Below are positions 1 through 10,291 of a stretch of DNA of 64,000 nucleotides, piece by piece. The number at the start of each line of letters is the position of its first letter. Position 1 is the first letter of the stretch. Under the pieces are notes generated by a model that worked only from the letters and a program-made list of their open reading frames with translations, was not told where the DNA came from and searched no databases. Both the position numbers and the translations under genes were made by a program. Origin of the DNA: an uncultured Eubacteriales bacterium. GTDB lineage: Bacteria > Bacillota > Clostridia > Oscillospirales > CAG-272. The DNA is taken from contig CAJLXA010000004.1 in the NCBI GenBank assembly GCA_905210485.1, positions 5,054-69,053 of the forward strand. The letters are read 5' to 3'.

Positions 1-1
1 T

Positions 2-187
2 CTTTGCCTGCCGGAAAATCCCGTTCTGCAAAGCGTAACCACCGACGGCATTACAAAATCCGAGACCGTTCTCGCCGACGGCGGCACCTATGTTTTCCGC
101 TATGACGGCGGGCCTTTGCCGTCCGAGATCACCTGCGACAGCGGTATGCGCCACACGCGGCTCCGCCTGCTTTCCGATACCGAATGA
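2..187 (+). CDS. 3' end of an unidentified CDS running in from the left window edge
   Basis: Frame is open from position 2. The TGA at 185-187 overlaps the alr ATG at 184 (ATGA coupling). The last 61 aa (..GTYVFRYDGGPLPSEITCDSGMRHTRLRLLSDTE) carry no recognisable motif. Confidence 0.35.
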   Translation, partial: LCLPENPVLQSVTTDGITKSETVLADGGTYVFRYDGGPLPSEITCDSGMRHTRLRLLSDTE

Positions 188-1257
188 ATACGGCGTACAT
201 TTCATTAAGCCGTATAAATGCAAACTATAGTTTACTTTCTAAAGATAAAAATCTGATTGCCGTTGTCAAGGCGGACGCCTACGGGCACGGACTTCTGCCC
301 ACGGCGCGCGCGCTGTACGACGGGGGAGCGCGCTTCTTTGCCGTTGCGGATGGCGAGGAGGCGCTGACGCTCTCGCGCACATTCCGGGACGCGGATGTTC
401 TTCTGTTCGGATTCCCCGACGAATCGTATATCCTGCCGCTTCTTTCCCACAACGTGATTTTCACGGTTTCCGACAGGCGCGGCGCCGTCCTCCTGTCCCG
501 TCTTGCCGCCGAAAGCGGCAGAACCGCAAGGGTGCATATCGCCCTCAACAGCGGTATGAACCGTATGGGTTTTTCCCTGTCCCCGGACGACCGCGACATG
601 TCCCTTTACACCATACAGCGGCTGTCAAAACTCCCGCACTTTGCCATCGAAGGTATCTATTCGCATCTCGCGACCGCGCCGCAGGATCCGCTGTACGCCG
701 TCCAGTATGAACGGTTTTTTTCCGCCGTACGCGAACTTATCTGCTTTCTCCCTGCGCCCGCGGTACATATTTTTGCCACGCCCGCTCTTGCCTCCGCGCC
801 GCCGCGCGATCTTTTGCTCCCGCGCTTTTACTACCGGGCGGGGCTTTCGCTTTACGGATACGGCCATAAGGACGTCAAACCCGCCATGACGGTGACCGGA
901 CGGATTATCGGCAGTTTTGTCCTCCGCAAAGGCGAAAAAGTAGGCTACGGCGGCGACTATCGCGCCGTGCGCGACACGCACATTGCCGTGGTCGGCATCG
1001 GATATGCGGACGGACTGCCGCGATGTGCGCCGGGCGCCTTTTTCAGCGCCCGCGGCGAACGCTTTCCCCTCATCGGACGGGTCAGCATGAACCAGTCGAC
1101 GATTGACTGCGGCCACACGCCTCCGACGGTCGGCGACTCCGTCACGGTGATCGGCGCGAACGGCGAAGAAACGGCGGCCATGTGCGCGGCCTCCGGCTGT
1201 ATTCCGTATGAACTGCTGATGATCGGCAACCGTGTAAAGCGGATATATACATCATAA
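184..1257 (+). CDS. alr: alanine racemase
   Basis: 357 aa. PLP-lysine motif 'AVVKADAYGHG' lies near the N-terminus, and length and architecture fit Alr. Confidence 0.9.
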   Translation: MNTAYISLSRINANYSLLSKDKNLIAVVKADAYGHGLLPTARALYDGGARFFAVADGEEALTLSRTFRDADVLLFGFPDESYILPLLSHNVIFTVSDRRGAVLLSRLAAESGRTARVHIALNSGMNRMGFSLSPDDRDMSLYTIQRLSKLPHFAIEGIYSHLATAPQDPLYAVQYERFFSAVRELICFLPAPAVHIFATPALASAPPRDLLLPRFYYRAGLSLYGYGHKDVKPAMTVTGRIIGSFVLRKGEKVGYGGDYRAVRDTHIAVVGIGYADGLPRCAPGAFFSARGERFPLIGRVSMNQSTIDCGHTPPTVGDSVTVIGANGEETAAMCAASGCIPYELLMIGNRVKRIYTS

Positions 1258-1316
1258 AACCGAACAAAACGACCCCCGCGCGGACAATTCCGCAATACAA
1301 TATAAGGACTCTCAAC

Positions 1317-2210
1317 ATGGAAAAAAACGGCGTTATCATTATCAATAAAGAAGAGGGCATGACCTCGCAGACCGTCGTCAACCGTGTGAAACGATTGCTC
1401 GGACTGCAAAAAGCGGGGCACACCGGCACGCTCGACCCGATGGCGACCGGCGTTCTGCCGGTGCTTTGCGACCGCGGCGTCAAATGCAGCGAATATCTTC
1501 TTTCGTCCGTAAAGCATTATACGGCCACCATGCGCCTCGGCGTCATGACCGATACCGAAGACATAACGGGCAACGTTCTTTCGACCTCGGACGCCATTCC
1601 GTCCGAGGAAGCCGTGCTTGCGGCCGTGCCGCACTTTATCGGCGAAATCTCCCAGATCCCGCCGATGTATTCCGCCCTGAAGAAAAACGGGCGAAAACTC
1701 GTCGACCTTGCGCGGCAGGGCATTACGGTCGAACGCGAACCGCGCCGTATCACCGTGTACAGGCTCTCGGCAAAAAAGGTGGACCGCGAAAATTACCGTC
1801 TTGACGTAGTGTGCTCAAAAGGGACCTATATCCGCACGCTCTGCGCGGACATCGGAGAATTTCTCGGATGCCATGCGGCGATGGCCGCGCTTTGCCGCGC
1901 GGAAAGCGGCGGTTTTTCCCTGAACGACGCCGTAACGCTCGGCGAACTGGAAGCGATGACGGAAGAAGAACGCTGTCGGCGCATTATCCCCGTCGAAACG
2001 CTTTTCCGGGACAAGCCCGCGCTGAAACTGTCCGCTTTTTACAGCCGTCTTGCTAAAAACGGTTGCGAAATATACCTCCGTAAAATCGGCGTTGACGTTC
2101 CCGTCGGGACAAGATTCCGCCTCTATGACAGCGACGGCGTCTTCTTCGGAATCGGCGACGCGGAAAGTTTCCCGGACGGGGACGCCGTGCGCGTTTTAAA
2201 GCATTTCTGA
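1317..2210 (+). CDS. truB: tRNA pseudouridine(55) synthase
   Basis: 297 aa with the TruB catalytic motif 'GHTGTLDPMATGVLPV'. Confidence 0.9.
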   Translation: MEKNGVIIINKEEGMTSQTVVNRVKRLLGLQKAGHTGTLDPMATGVLPVLCDRGVKCSEYLLSSVKHYTATMRLGVMTDTEDITGNVLSTSDAIPSEEAVLAAVPHFIGEISQIPPMYSALKKNGRKLVDLARQGITVEREPRRITVYRLSAKKVDRENYRLDVVCSKGTYIRTLCADIGEFLGCHAAMAALCRAESGGFSLNDAVTLGELEAMTEEERCRRIIPVETLFRDKPALKLSAFYSRLAKNGCEIYLRKIGVDVPVGTRFRLYDSDGVFFGIGDAESFPDGDAVRVLKHF

Positions 2211-2316
2211 CGGACGGTAAGTCGCCGTCTCCGAGAGTATGACGGCCGATCCGGCATTGCCGGAAAAATACCCCCGCATGACATACACGCATGACACAAC
2301 GGAAAGGAGCGACCTT

Positions 2317-5300
2317 ATGGGAAGCCGCGTCTTCACGCCCGAACAATCGGCGGCTATCGCCGAACGAAAAAAAACGCTTCTGGTATCGGCGGCGGCCGGA
2401 TCCGGCAAAACCGCCACGCTGACCGAACGCATCATTGTTTCACTGACCGATAAAGAAAACCCCGCCGACATATCGCGTATGCTGATCGTCACCTACACAC
2501 GGGCGGCGGCGCAGGAACTCCGCACCCGTATCGGCGACGCCGTGAGAGCCGCTCTCGCCAATGATCCCCGCAACCGCCATCTTTCCCGCCAGCTTCTGCT
2601 TCTCCCCGGCGCCAAAATCAAAACCATCGACGCCTTTTGCGGCGATATTCTGCGCACCGGCGCCACCACGATCGGACTCTCGCCGCAATTCCGCGTTGCC
2701 GACGAGACCGAACGTATGCTCCTGGCGCGGGACATCATGGACGGACTGATTGACGATCTCTATGCCGGCGGTGCGGACGGCATTACCGCCGACGAATTTG
2801 CCGCCATGGCCGAAGAGATCTGCGGCGTAAGAAACGACGACTCGCTTGCCGACATTCTTTTGGAACTGGCGGACAACCTTTCCGGCTACGCCGAGGGCAG
2901 CCGGCGCCTTTTCGGTTATGCCGACCGCGCCGCCGAAGACGCGGAACGCGAAATACTGAAAACGCCATACGGCATAGCGACGCGGCGCGCCGCCGCCGAT
3001 CTTGCCGACCATTACCTTGCCGCATACGAAGCGCTTATCCGCGATATATCCGCCGAGGCTCCCGACTCCAAATGGATCGCGTTTCTCACCGCAGAATGCG
3101 CCGCCATACGCGGATTCCGGGATTCTCTTTCCCGTACCTATGCCGAGGCGCGATCGGTCGCATACGCTTTTCCCTTTGCGACCGCCCCCTCCGTCCCCGC
3201 GAAAAAGCGCACCGCGGCCGAAGATTTCGCGCGAACCGTTCGCATGACATTCAAAAAAGATTTTCAATCGTTATGTAAATCACGGTTTACATGTTCAGCG
3301 GAATATTATAAAGAATCCATTGTCCGCACGGCGCGCTTCACGTCGCTTCTCGCCAAGGTGATCGACCTTTTCAATGTGCGCTTCCGCGCCGAAAAAAAGC
3401 GGCGCGCCATCTGCGACTTCGGCGACCTTGAAACCTATACGTTGTCTCTGCTTATAAAAGACGGGGAACCCACCCGTCTCGCGCGCACGCTGTCGCAGGC
3501 ATACGACTACATCTACATTGATGAGTATCAGGACGTGAACTCCATGCAACACCGGATATTCACCGCCATCGGCCGGGAAAACAATATCTTCATGGTCGGC
3601 GACGTGAAGCAAAGCATCTATTCGTTCCGCCATGCGGAGCCGGATATTTTCACGCACCTGAAACGCACTTTTCCGCCGCTCTCCGCGGCCGGGGATTCTC
3701 CCGCGGCCACCATCTTCATGTCGAGAAATTTCCGCTGTGACCGCAATGTCATTTCGTTCACGAACGCCGTTTTCGACCGCCTTTTCGGCGCGGCCGGCGA
3801 ATCCATCGCCTATGAGGCGGGCGACCGTCTCGAATACGGAAAGAATCAGCCGGAAAACGACGTTCCCGTTACGCTTGCGCTTTTTGGCGCGCATGCTGAC
3901 GATGACGACGACGATGAAATATCCGATGACGCGGACAGTGCCCCCGACGATACGGAAAACGCGTCCCCCGTTTTTGACGCCGAAATCCGCTATGTTGTGG
4001 AGGAAATCCGCCGTCTTCTCCGCGACGGCCGTCTGGATAACGGCGAAAAAATCCGTCCGAAAGACATCGCCGTTCTGCTCCGCAACGGCAAAGGCGATGC
4101 CGAAAAGTTCCGCCGCGCACTGGAAAGCGGCGGTATTCCCGCCGCGGCCGACGACGCGCGCGACTTCTTCCTGAATCCCGAAATTCTGCTTGTTCTCTCG
4201 CTCCTGCACGCCATTGACAATCCGCGGCGCGATATACCGCTGGCCGGACTTCTGCGTTCGCCGCTTTACCGCTTCACAATGGACGAACTTTGCCGGATAC
4301 GCGCGGAGGGCGAACGCGGCGAAACGCTGTACGACGCCGTTCTCCGCTACCGCGATAACCACCCGGACAACGAAAAGGTCTCCTTTTTCATAACGGAACT
4401 GGAACGCTTCCGCGATATGGCGGAGGGAATCCCCGTAGACGAACTGATCCGCCGCCTGTATGCCGACACCGCGCTCGTCACTCTGGCGGATAACGGTAAA
4501 AACGGCAAAGACGCGCGGAAAAATCTGTTACTGCTTTACCACTATGCGCGGACGTTTGAAGCCTCTTCTTTCCGCGGGCTCTATCAGTTCATTTCCTATA
4601 TCGACGAAATCATACGTCAGAAGAAAACCGTCCCGGCAACAAAAGGCGACGCCGGCGATACGGACGCCGTGCGCATCATGACCGTGCACCATTCCAAGGG
4701 TCTTGAATTCCCCGTATGTTTCCTTGCGCGCACCGGCCGCGCCTTCAGTACGCAAAGCATCAAAAAGCCGCTTCTCTTCGACCCCGCGCTCGGCACGGCC
4801 GTCCGCTTCCGTGACGAAACGGGACTTGCGCTCACGGATAATCCCGTGCGGCGCGCCGTCATATCCGGCATAACCGAAGCGCAGAACGAAGAAGAAATGC
4901 GCGTCCTGTATGTCGCCCTGACGCGTGCGCGCGAACGCCTCTATGTCACCGGCAGTGCGCCCGCGCGGGGAAATGTGGAAAAACTGCTGGAACGCGCCGC
5001 CTGCGACCGACGCTTTTTCTCACGCTATACCGCCAAAACCGCACGTACGCACCTCGACATGATTCTTGCCGCGCTGAACGGGCGCGCCGCGTTTTACACG
5101 CAGATTACGCCGGAAGAAAGCGAAACGGAAACGGCGGAAGTAATCCACGCGGAAGCCGCCGCCCCCGCAAACGCCGCCGTCGACGCGGAACCCCTCGCGC
5201 GCCGTTTTTCATTCCGCTACCCGTATCTCGCCGTTTCGCTTCTGCCAAGCAAGCTCTCGGTCTCCAAACTGTCCCCGACGGCGCTCGACAGCCGGGACGA

Positions 5301-5973
5301 CGGCGAAGTTGTCCTCACCGTAAGCGACGAAGACCGCACGCCGAAAAAGACCCCGCTTCCGCGTTTCATGCGCGAAGTGCGCGAACCGACCGCCGCCGAA
5401 CGCGGCACCGCCACGCACCTCTTTATGCAGTTCTGCGATTTTTCCCGCCTGCGCACCGACACCGCCGCAACCGAACTTTGCCGCCTTGCCGACCTGCATT
5501 TCATCGACAAAGCGGACGCGGACATCGTCTTCGTCGACGAAGCGGAAGCGTTCCGCCGTTCGGCGCTCTTCCGCGAACTCGGCGGCGCCGCGAAAATCTA
5601 CCGCGAACTGCGTTTTCACGCGCGTTTCCCCGCGGTAAACTTCACCCGCGATCCCGCGTTGCAAAAAGCGCTGAAAGACGAATTCCTGCTGGTGCAGGGC
5701 GTTATCGACTGCATATACTTCCGCAGTGACGGCACCTATGTCCTGCTCGACTACAAAACCGATCGCGTGGGCAGAACGGAATCCCGCGCGGCCGCCGCGG
5801 AAAGGCTCCGCCTCCGGCATACGGAGCAACTGTCCTATTACGCCGCCGCCGCAACGCATATTTTCGGCGCGCCGCCCGCCGATGTCCTTTTGTATTCTCT
5901 CCCGCTTGCCGACACCGTAAAAATTGATCCTCTGCCGATAGACGCCTTATCGCTGCCGATGGAAAATCCATAA
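2317..5973 (+). CDS. addA: AddA-like UvrD-family helicase / RecB-type nuclease
   Basis: Walker A 'AAAGSGKT', 'IDEYQDVN', and a C-terminal PD-(D/E)XK nuclease motif 'GVIDCIY..LLDYKTD'. Start set at ATG 2317 behind GGAAAGGAG; the tracked ORF opens at 2239. Confidence 0.8.
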   Translation: MGSRVFTPEQSAAIAERKKTLLVSAAAGSGKTATLTERIIVSLTDKENPADISRMLIVTYTRAAAQELRTRIGDAVRAALANDPRNRHLSRQLLLLPGAKIKTIDAFCGDILRTGATTIGLSPQFRVADETERMLLARDIMDGLIDDLYAGGADGITADEFAAMAEEICGVRNDDSLADILLELADNLSGYAEGSRRLFGYADRAAEDAEREILKTPYGIATRRAAADLADHYLAAYEALIRDISAEAPDSKWIAFLTAECAAIRGFRDSLSRTYAEARSVAYAFPFATAPSVPAKKRTAAEDFARTVRMTFKKDFQSLCKSRFTCSAEYYKESIVRTARFTSLLAKVIDLFNVRFRAEKKRRAICDFGDLETYTLSLLIKDGEPTRLARTLSQAYDYIYIDEYQDVNSMQHRIFTAIGRENNIFMVGDVKQSIYSFRHAEPDIFTHLKRTFPPLSAAGDSPAATIFMSRNFRCDRNVISFTNAVFDRLFGAAGESIAYEAGDRLEYGKNQPENDVPVTLALFGAHADDDDDDEISDDADSAPDDTENASPVFDAEIRYVVEEIRRLLRDGRLDNGEKIRPKDIAVLLRNGKGDAEKFRRALESGGIPAAADDARDFFLNPEILLVLSLLHAIDNPRRDIPLAGLLRSPLYRFTMDELCRIRAEGERGETLYDAVLRYRDNHPDNEKVSFFITELERFRDMAEGIPVDELIRRLYADTALVTLADNGKNGKDARKNLLLLYHYARTFEASSFRGLYQFISYIDEIIRQKKTVPATKGDAGDTDAVRIMTVHHSKGLEFPVCFLARTGRAFSTQSIKKPLLFDPALGTAVRFRDETGLALTDNPVRRAVISGITEAQNEEEMRVLYVALTRARERLYVTGSAPARGNVEKLLERAACDRRFFSRYTAKTARTHLDMILAALNGRAAFYTQITPEESETETAEVIHAEAAAPANAAVDAEPLARRFSFRYPYLAVSLLPSKLSVSKLSPTALDSRDDGEVVLTVSDEDRTPKKTPLPRFMREVREPTAAERGTATHLFMQFCDFSRLRTDTAATELCRLADLHFIDKADADIVFVDEAEAFRRSALFRELGGAAKIYRELRFHARFPAVNFTRDPALQKALKDEFLLVQGVIDCIYFRSDGTYVLLDYKTDRVGRTESRAAAAERLRLRHTEQLSYYAAAATHIFGAPPADVLLYSLPLADTVKIDPLPIDALSLPMENP

Positions 5974-6008
5974 TTTTGTAAATCATATTTTACATAATTA
6001 TGGATAAA

Positions 6009-6046
6009 AAGGAATCTGCAACCTATTGCGGATTCCTTTTTTATTT
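6009..6046 (+). terminator. rho-independent terminator after addA
   Basis: Stem GGAATCTGCAA (6011-6021) / TTGCGGATTCC (6026-6036), followed by TTTTTT. Confidence 0.75.
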
Positions 6047-6195
6047 TGTGCGCCGATTGTATTATATATGGAAGAAAAACGGATATACTGAATGAAAGTG
6101 CCAACAAATACCGCAAGAACGCTGTTATTACCATTCATAAAATCAGACGCGGCGGCAACATTAAAAACAGAGAAAGAAAATCGGGGTAAAAATAA

Positions 6196-7353
6196 ATGAA
6201 CAAACAAAAACGATGCGTCGCGTTCCTGCTCGCGGCGATCTCCTTATTTCTGCCGTCGTCGCTCGTCTGTTCGGCCCGCGGCGAAACGGACATTGCACCT
6301 TGTTTTCAGACCATTGCCGGCGAAGAGAAAACGATTTCGGAAAAAAACGTTTCCGTATCGCCGCCCGGCGTTTACACCTACCTTGACAACGCCGTGCTTC
6401 CCACAGATAAGACCGCCGGAAAGCGCGAAGTTCTGCTCGGCGGCATGAACTTCGGCGTCCGCATTTCTTCGGACGGCGTTCTGGTCGTGGGTCTCGGCGA
6501 CAACGACGGCAAGGCCATGAAAGACTCTCCCGCCTATAAAGCGGGAATTCGCACCAAAGATATTATCATTGCCATCAACGGCAAAAAAGTCATGACGACC
6601 GAAGACGTTGCGGCCGCTATACACGCCGCCGGTAAACAGCCGCTTGTTATCCTGTGCCGGCGCATGGGAAACGAAAAGGAATTTACCGTGCAACCGGAAA
6701 CCGATAAAAACGGCGAACCGCGTATCGGCGTGTGGCTCCGCGACAGTTCGGCCGGCATCGGCACCGTCACTTTTATTGACCCGCAGAACGGCGCGTTCGG
6801 CGGCCTCGGCCACGGCATATGCGATATGGATACGGGCAACCTGATCCCTCTCCGCCGCGGTGAAGTACGCGACGCGGTCATCACGGGTCTTACGCGCGGC
6901 GAAACGGGGAAACCCGGTGAAATGCGCGGCTATCTCGGCAAAAACAAATGCGGCTCTCTGATCGCCAACACCGGCGCAGGCGTCTTCGGCGTCTATACGC
7001 AGATTCCGTCGGGCGGCGTGATGATTCCCGTTGCTTCGCCGGAAGAAGTCACGGTCGGCGACGCCACTCTGTATACCACGTTGGACTGCGGCGAAATCCG
7101 TCCGTACAGTATCCGTATTACCGGCATTGACCGCGCCGGAGCGGAAACCAAGTCTTTCACCCTGGAAGTGACCGACAAGACCCTGCTCCAGAAGAGCGGC
7201 GGCATCATTCAGGGCATGAGCGGCAGTCCGATCGTCCAGAACGGGAAACTTGTCGGCGCCGTCACGCATGTTCTGATTTCCGATCCCAAAAACGGATACG
7301 GAATATTCCTTAACAACATGATAAACGCTATGCCGGAACTTCTGCGGCCGTAA
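6196..7353 (+). CDS. spoIVB: stage IV sporulation protein B, S55 signalling peptidase
   Basis: N-terminal hydrophobic anchor, a PDZ-like segment, 'GIGTVTFIDPQNGAFGGLGHGI', and the catalytic Ser context 'GMSGSPI'. Confidence 0.85.
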   Translation: MNKQKRCVAFLLAAISLFLPSSLVCSARGETDIAPCFQTIAGEEKTISEKNVSVSPPGVYTYLDNAVLPTDKTAGKREVLLGGMNFGVRISSDGVLVVGLGDNDGKAMKDSPAYKAGIRTKDIIIAINGKKVMTTEDVAAAIHAAGKQPLVILCRRMGNEKEFTVQPETDKNGEPRIGVWLRDSSAGIGTVTFIDPQNGAFGGLGHGICDMDTGNLIPLRRGEVRDAVITGLTRGETGKPGEMRGYLGKNKCGSLIANTGAGVFGVYTQIPSGGVMIPVASPEEVTVGDATLYTTLDCGEIRPYSIRITGIDRAGAETKSFTLEVTDKTLLQKSGGIIQGMSGSPIVQNGKLVGAVTHVLISDPKNGYGIFLNNMINAMPELLRP

Positions 7354-7362
7354 CGGCGCCAA

Positions 7363-7405
7363 AATGTAAAAACACAGAACCGTAACGGTTCTGTGTTTTT
7401 ACATT
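7363..7405. terminator. bidirectional terminator between convergent spoIVB and the lipoprotein gene
   Basis: Perfect 20-bp inverted repeat AATGTAAAAACACAGAACCG / CGGTTCTGTGTTTTTACATT with a 3-nt loop. A/T runs lie inside the stem on both sides. Confidence 0.8.
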
Positions 7406-7443
7406 CGTGTTTTCTTCGCTTAAGACGGTTTGTTTCCGCCGGA

Positions 7444-9315
7444 TCACGCCGGCTCTTTGTCTATATCCCAGTTCAGTCCCGAACGGAGAATGAACTTCTC
7501 CAGTTCCGTGTCAAACGCACCAACGTCTTCGTATATTCTATACCTAAGCACAGTATTCGCTGCAAAAAATATTTCTTTGTACGCCTCCAAATCAGACATT
7601 CCAGCAAATTGATCTTCATTTAACCACACATTGTAAACGCAGGGAACATACTTTACTTCACCGAATTTTTGAAGTTTCAATATTCCTATAACGTTGTAAC
7701 TAAGCTCATCGCCGCGTTTATGGCAATGATGTTGTTCCTGCCAAGTTTTGCAGATAGTAATGTCATAGCCTGCGTTCAGATATGATTTAATGTCATCCGG
7801 AACATTTTCTGCTCCGGACTTTGCAAGGTCAATGATGCTCTGTAATGCATTATATTTGTCCGTGTCTGCAAATTCGGTAATTCTTCGAGAAGTTCCCGTG
7901 GAATATTTTATTTTAAAGCCATCTTCAAATGAGCTATCCTGTTCAATCCTCTCTTGAACTGCTAAAAATCCTTCGTCGCCACAGTCAACAAGTGCACTCA
8001 AACCATTTCCTTCCAAACTTATGAACATTAATTTTCTTCCATTACGGCTTACTAGTGTATCAGTTTCAAATTCTTTTATTCTATCCAAAATTCTTATGTT
8101 TTCTTCCAAATCTTTTGAAATTTCAACTGTTTTCTCTAGTGTGTTATATGTCTTTTTATTACCTTCAACGCTCAAATCTTCTTTTTCTATTCTGAATGTA
8201 TAACTGCCTGCTGTTTTTACATGTTTCAGCACATCAACAGTTGGAACGTCTAATTGTTCAACTTCTTTACCATCTAAAAATATGTGATAGCACCAATTAT
8301 GCATCTGGTCTTTTTCCGTATCCTCCCACGTTATGTATTGATTGTCTTTATCATACACAATGTTGAACAATGCCTTTGTTACGTTAGGGTCGTCGGTCGG
8401 TTGGTTGTCCTCTGCTTCATCGCTGTCGGTTATCCCCATCATGTCTTTGATTTCCTTTGTGAGATTGGGATATGCCGTCACATCGGCGGGGCGTGTCACT
8501 TTCGGTATATTGTCGAACGTGTACGTGCTTACCGATTCCCACCGGTAGGCCATCTTCGTGCCGCCTATTTTACATTCACAATCTACGCTCGTCACTGTCT
8601 TATCAAGATTACCTCTGGCGTCAAAATACACCTTGATAACGCAGTTCTTTGTGTTTATATCGGCGTTTTCGGGGATTCCCAGAGCCTCAACAAAACCCGA
8701 CATACTGTCGGCCACCGACACGCCGTCCACATCTATGGTATAATAGTACAGGTCACCGTCCCGCTGATACGTGATACCGCGGAACCATTCTTTCGCTATT
8801 TCCATCAGACCCTCGCTCTCGGAAGAGGCGTCCAATCCGGCCATGCGGTATCCGGCTTTCATAAAACTGTTATAGGAAATATTGGCATAGGCTTTGTCTG
8901 ACACGCCGTCTTCCGTCGCATCTATGTACATATCGTTTCCGAGGAAACTCATTTCGGAAAGAGAAACGGTCTTGTGCTGCTGTCCTCCCGATTCGAGCGT
9001 TGTTTCCGTTCTGTCGGTTATGCGCGCGCAAGTGCCGTTTTCACCCGGCTGACGGTCATTGCGTACCACTTCGCTTGACGAATAGTATTGAATATCCAGA
9101 ACAGAGCCGTCGGCCATCGTGACGCTGCCCGTGGCGGTCTCCGTGGTGGTCTGCACGGAACGGCCGATGTTCTTATCGACATACTCCGCGGCCGCCTGAT
9201 AAAGTTCATACGGCGTTTTACCGTTCAGCGTTTTCTCGCCGTTGTCGCACGCGGCAAGGCAGGCAATGGCGGTCAGAATAACCGCGGTCAAAAACAAGCA
9301 TATTGTTCTTTTCAT
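7444..9315 (-). CDS. large lipoprotein of unknown function (two-part composition)
   Basis: ATG at 9315 behind AAGGGG. Signal peptide plus lipobox 'LTAVILTAIACLAAC|DNG'. No catalytic motif recognised. The acidic linker 'DSDEAEDNQPTDDPN' separates a GC-normal N-terminal half from an AT-rich C-terminal half. Confidence 0.7.
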   Translation of the reverse strand: MKRTICLFLTAVILTAIACLAACDNGEKTLNGKTPYELYQAAAEYVDKNIGRSVQTTTETATGSVTMADGSVLDIQYYSSSEVVRNDRQPGENGTCARITDRTETTLESGGQQHKTVSLSEMSFLGNDMYIDATEDGVSDKAYANISYNSFMKAGYRMAGLDASSESEGLMEIAKEWFRGITYQRDGDLYYYTIDVDGVSVADSMSGFVEALGIPENADINTKNCVIKVYFDARGNLDKTVTSVDCECKIGGTKMAYRWESVSTYTFDNIPKVTRPADVTAYPNLTKEIKDMMGITDSDEAEDNQPTDDPNVTKALFNIVYDKDNQYITWEDTEKDQMHNWCYHIFLDGKEVEQLDVPTVDVLKHVKTAGSYTFRIEKEDLSVEGNKKTYNTLEKTVEISKDLEENIRILDRIKEFETDTLVSRNGRKLMFISLEGNGLSALVDCGDEGFLAVQERIEQDSSFEDGFKIKYSTGTSRRITEFADTDKYNALQSIIDLAKSGAENVPDDIKSYLNAGYDITICKTWQEQHHCHKRGDELSYNVIGILKLQKFGEVKYVPCVYNVWLNEDQFAGMSDLEAYKEIFFAANTVLRYRIYEDVGAFDTELEKFILRSGLNWDIDKEPA

Positions 9316-9425
9316 GAGTTTACCCCTTATTTTATTTTTATTTTTCATTATGATATAACGATAGGAAAAAGCGCGGCCGCCGAACGGGCGCATCGGACGG
9401 CGGTCATGCGCTTCCTGCGGAGCGG

Positions 9426-9695
9426 TTAACCGAAAATGCCAGCGGCACCTGCCGCGCCGCCGACGGCGACAAGAATGATAACCAACAGCACGGCAATAAT
9501 AATGAATGTGCAGAAAAAGCTTCTTGCGAAACTGCGGCGATTGATATTGCTGTCACTGAGTGCAAACACAATCAGGCATATCTGTCCGATCAGCGGAATG
9601 GCGAAAAGAATGGTCAGGAAAAAATAACTCCATGCGCCGATCGGCCGGTATTTATCCGGAATTTTTGCGATCTCGTTCAGTTCAATTTGCGTCAT
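9426..9695 (-). CDS. small two-TM membrane protein, unknown function
   Basis: 89 aa with two long hydrophobic segments and a Gly/Ala tail. No motif recognised. Confidence 0.5.
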   Translation of the reverse strand: MTQIELNEIAKIPDKYRPIGAWSYFFLTILFAIPLIGQICLIVFALSDSNINRRSFARSFFCTFIIIAVLLVIILVAVGGAAGAAGIFG

Positions 9696-9885
9696 AATCT
9701 TATCCTCGCTTTATTTCATCATGTCCGGCTTTCCGTATACATCCGCGCCGAAACGCATACTAAAAATAGCCATCTGTCTGCATTATACTACAATAATTAT
9801 CCAATGTCAACATAATTGACTATTTAAAATGGTAATATGACCAATTCATGTGTGCGATAATAGAGGCTGTAAGGGGGGCGACAAG

Positions 9886-10200
9886 ATGGACTATGAACAA
9901 CTGATCCGCAAACGGCTGACGGAACTCCGGCTGAAAAAAGGCCTTTCGGAATGTAAACTCAGTTACGAACTGGGACACAGCAAAGGATATATTCAAAGCA
10001 TCACATCGGGACATGCTTTGCCGTCAATGAGTGAATTTCTGTATATGTGCCGTTATTTTGACATCACACCGGCGGAGTTTTTCTCCGACAACATCGACGA
10101 AGAACAGGTTACGCACCGCTTGTCGGAAATCACCGAGCGCCTGTCTCCCGAAGACCGGGCTCTGCTCCTGTCTTTTGCCGAACGGCTTTTTCGCGGGTAA
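9886..10200 (+). CDS. XRE-family helix-turn-helix transcriptional regulator
   Basis: HTH_3-like 'LRLKKGLSECKLSYELGHSKGYIQSITSG'. ATG 9886 follows a GGGGGG RBS. Confidence 0.8.
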   Translation: MDYEQLIRKRLTELRLKKGLSECKLSYELGHSKGYIQSITSGHALPSMSEFLYMCRYFDITPAEFFSDNIDEEQVTHRLSEITERLSPEDRALLLSFAERLFRG

Positions 10201-10250
10201 AAATCGCGCCGGAGAAAGCAAAACCGCCGTCTTTCCGTTATATCGCCTAT

Positions 10251-10291
10251 AAAAAACCTTGAGGGGACAAAATGTCTCATCAAGGTTTTTT
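10251..10291. terminator. terminator hairpin after the XRE gene (A-run / T-run flanked)
   Basis: AAAAAA-CCTTGA..(17-nt loop with internal pairing)..TCAAGG-TTTTTT. Confidence 0.65.

Noticed and set aside
3892-3960. Asp-rich run in addA as a sign of frameshift or insertion element
   Set aside because: The reading frame is continuous and helicase motifs resume downstream. It looks like an in-frame low-complexity loop. It is mentioned under the addA finding only.
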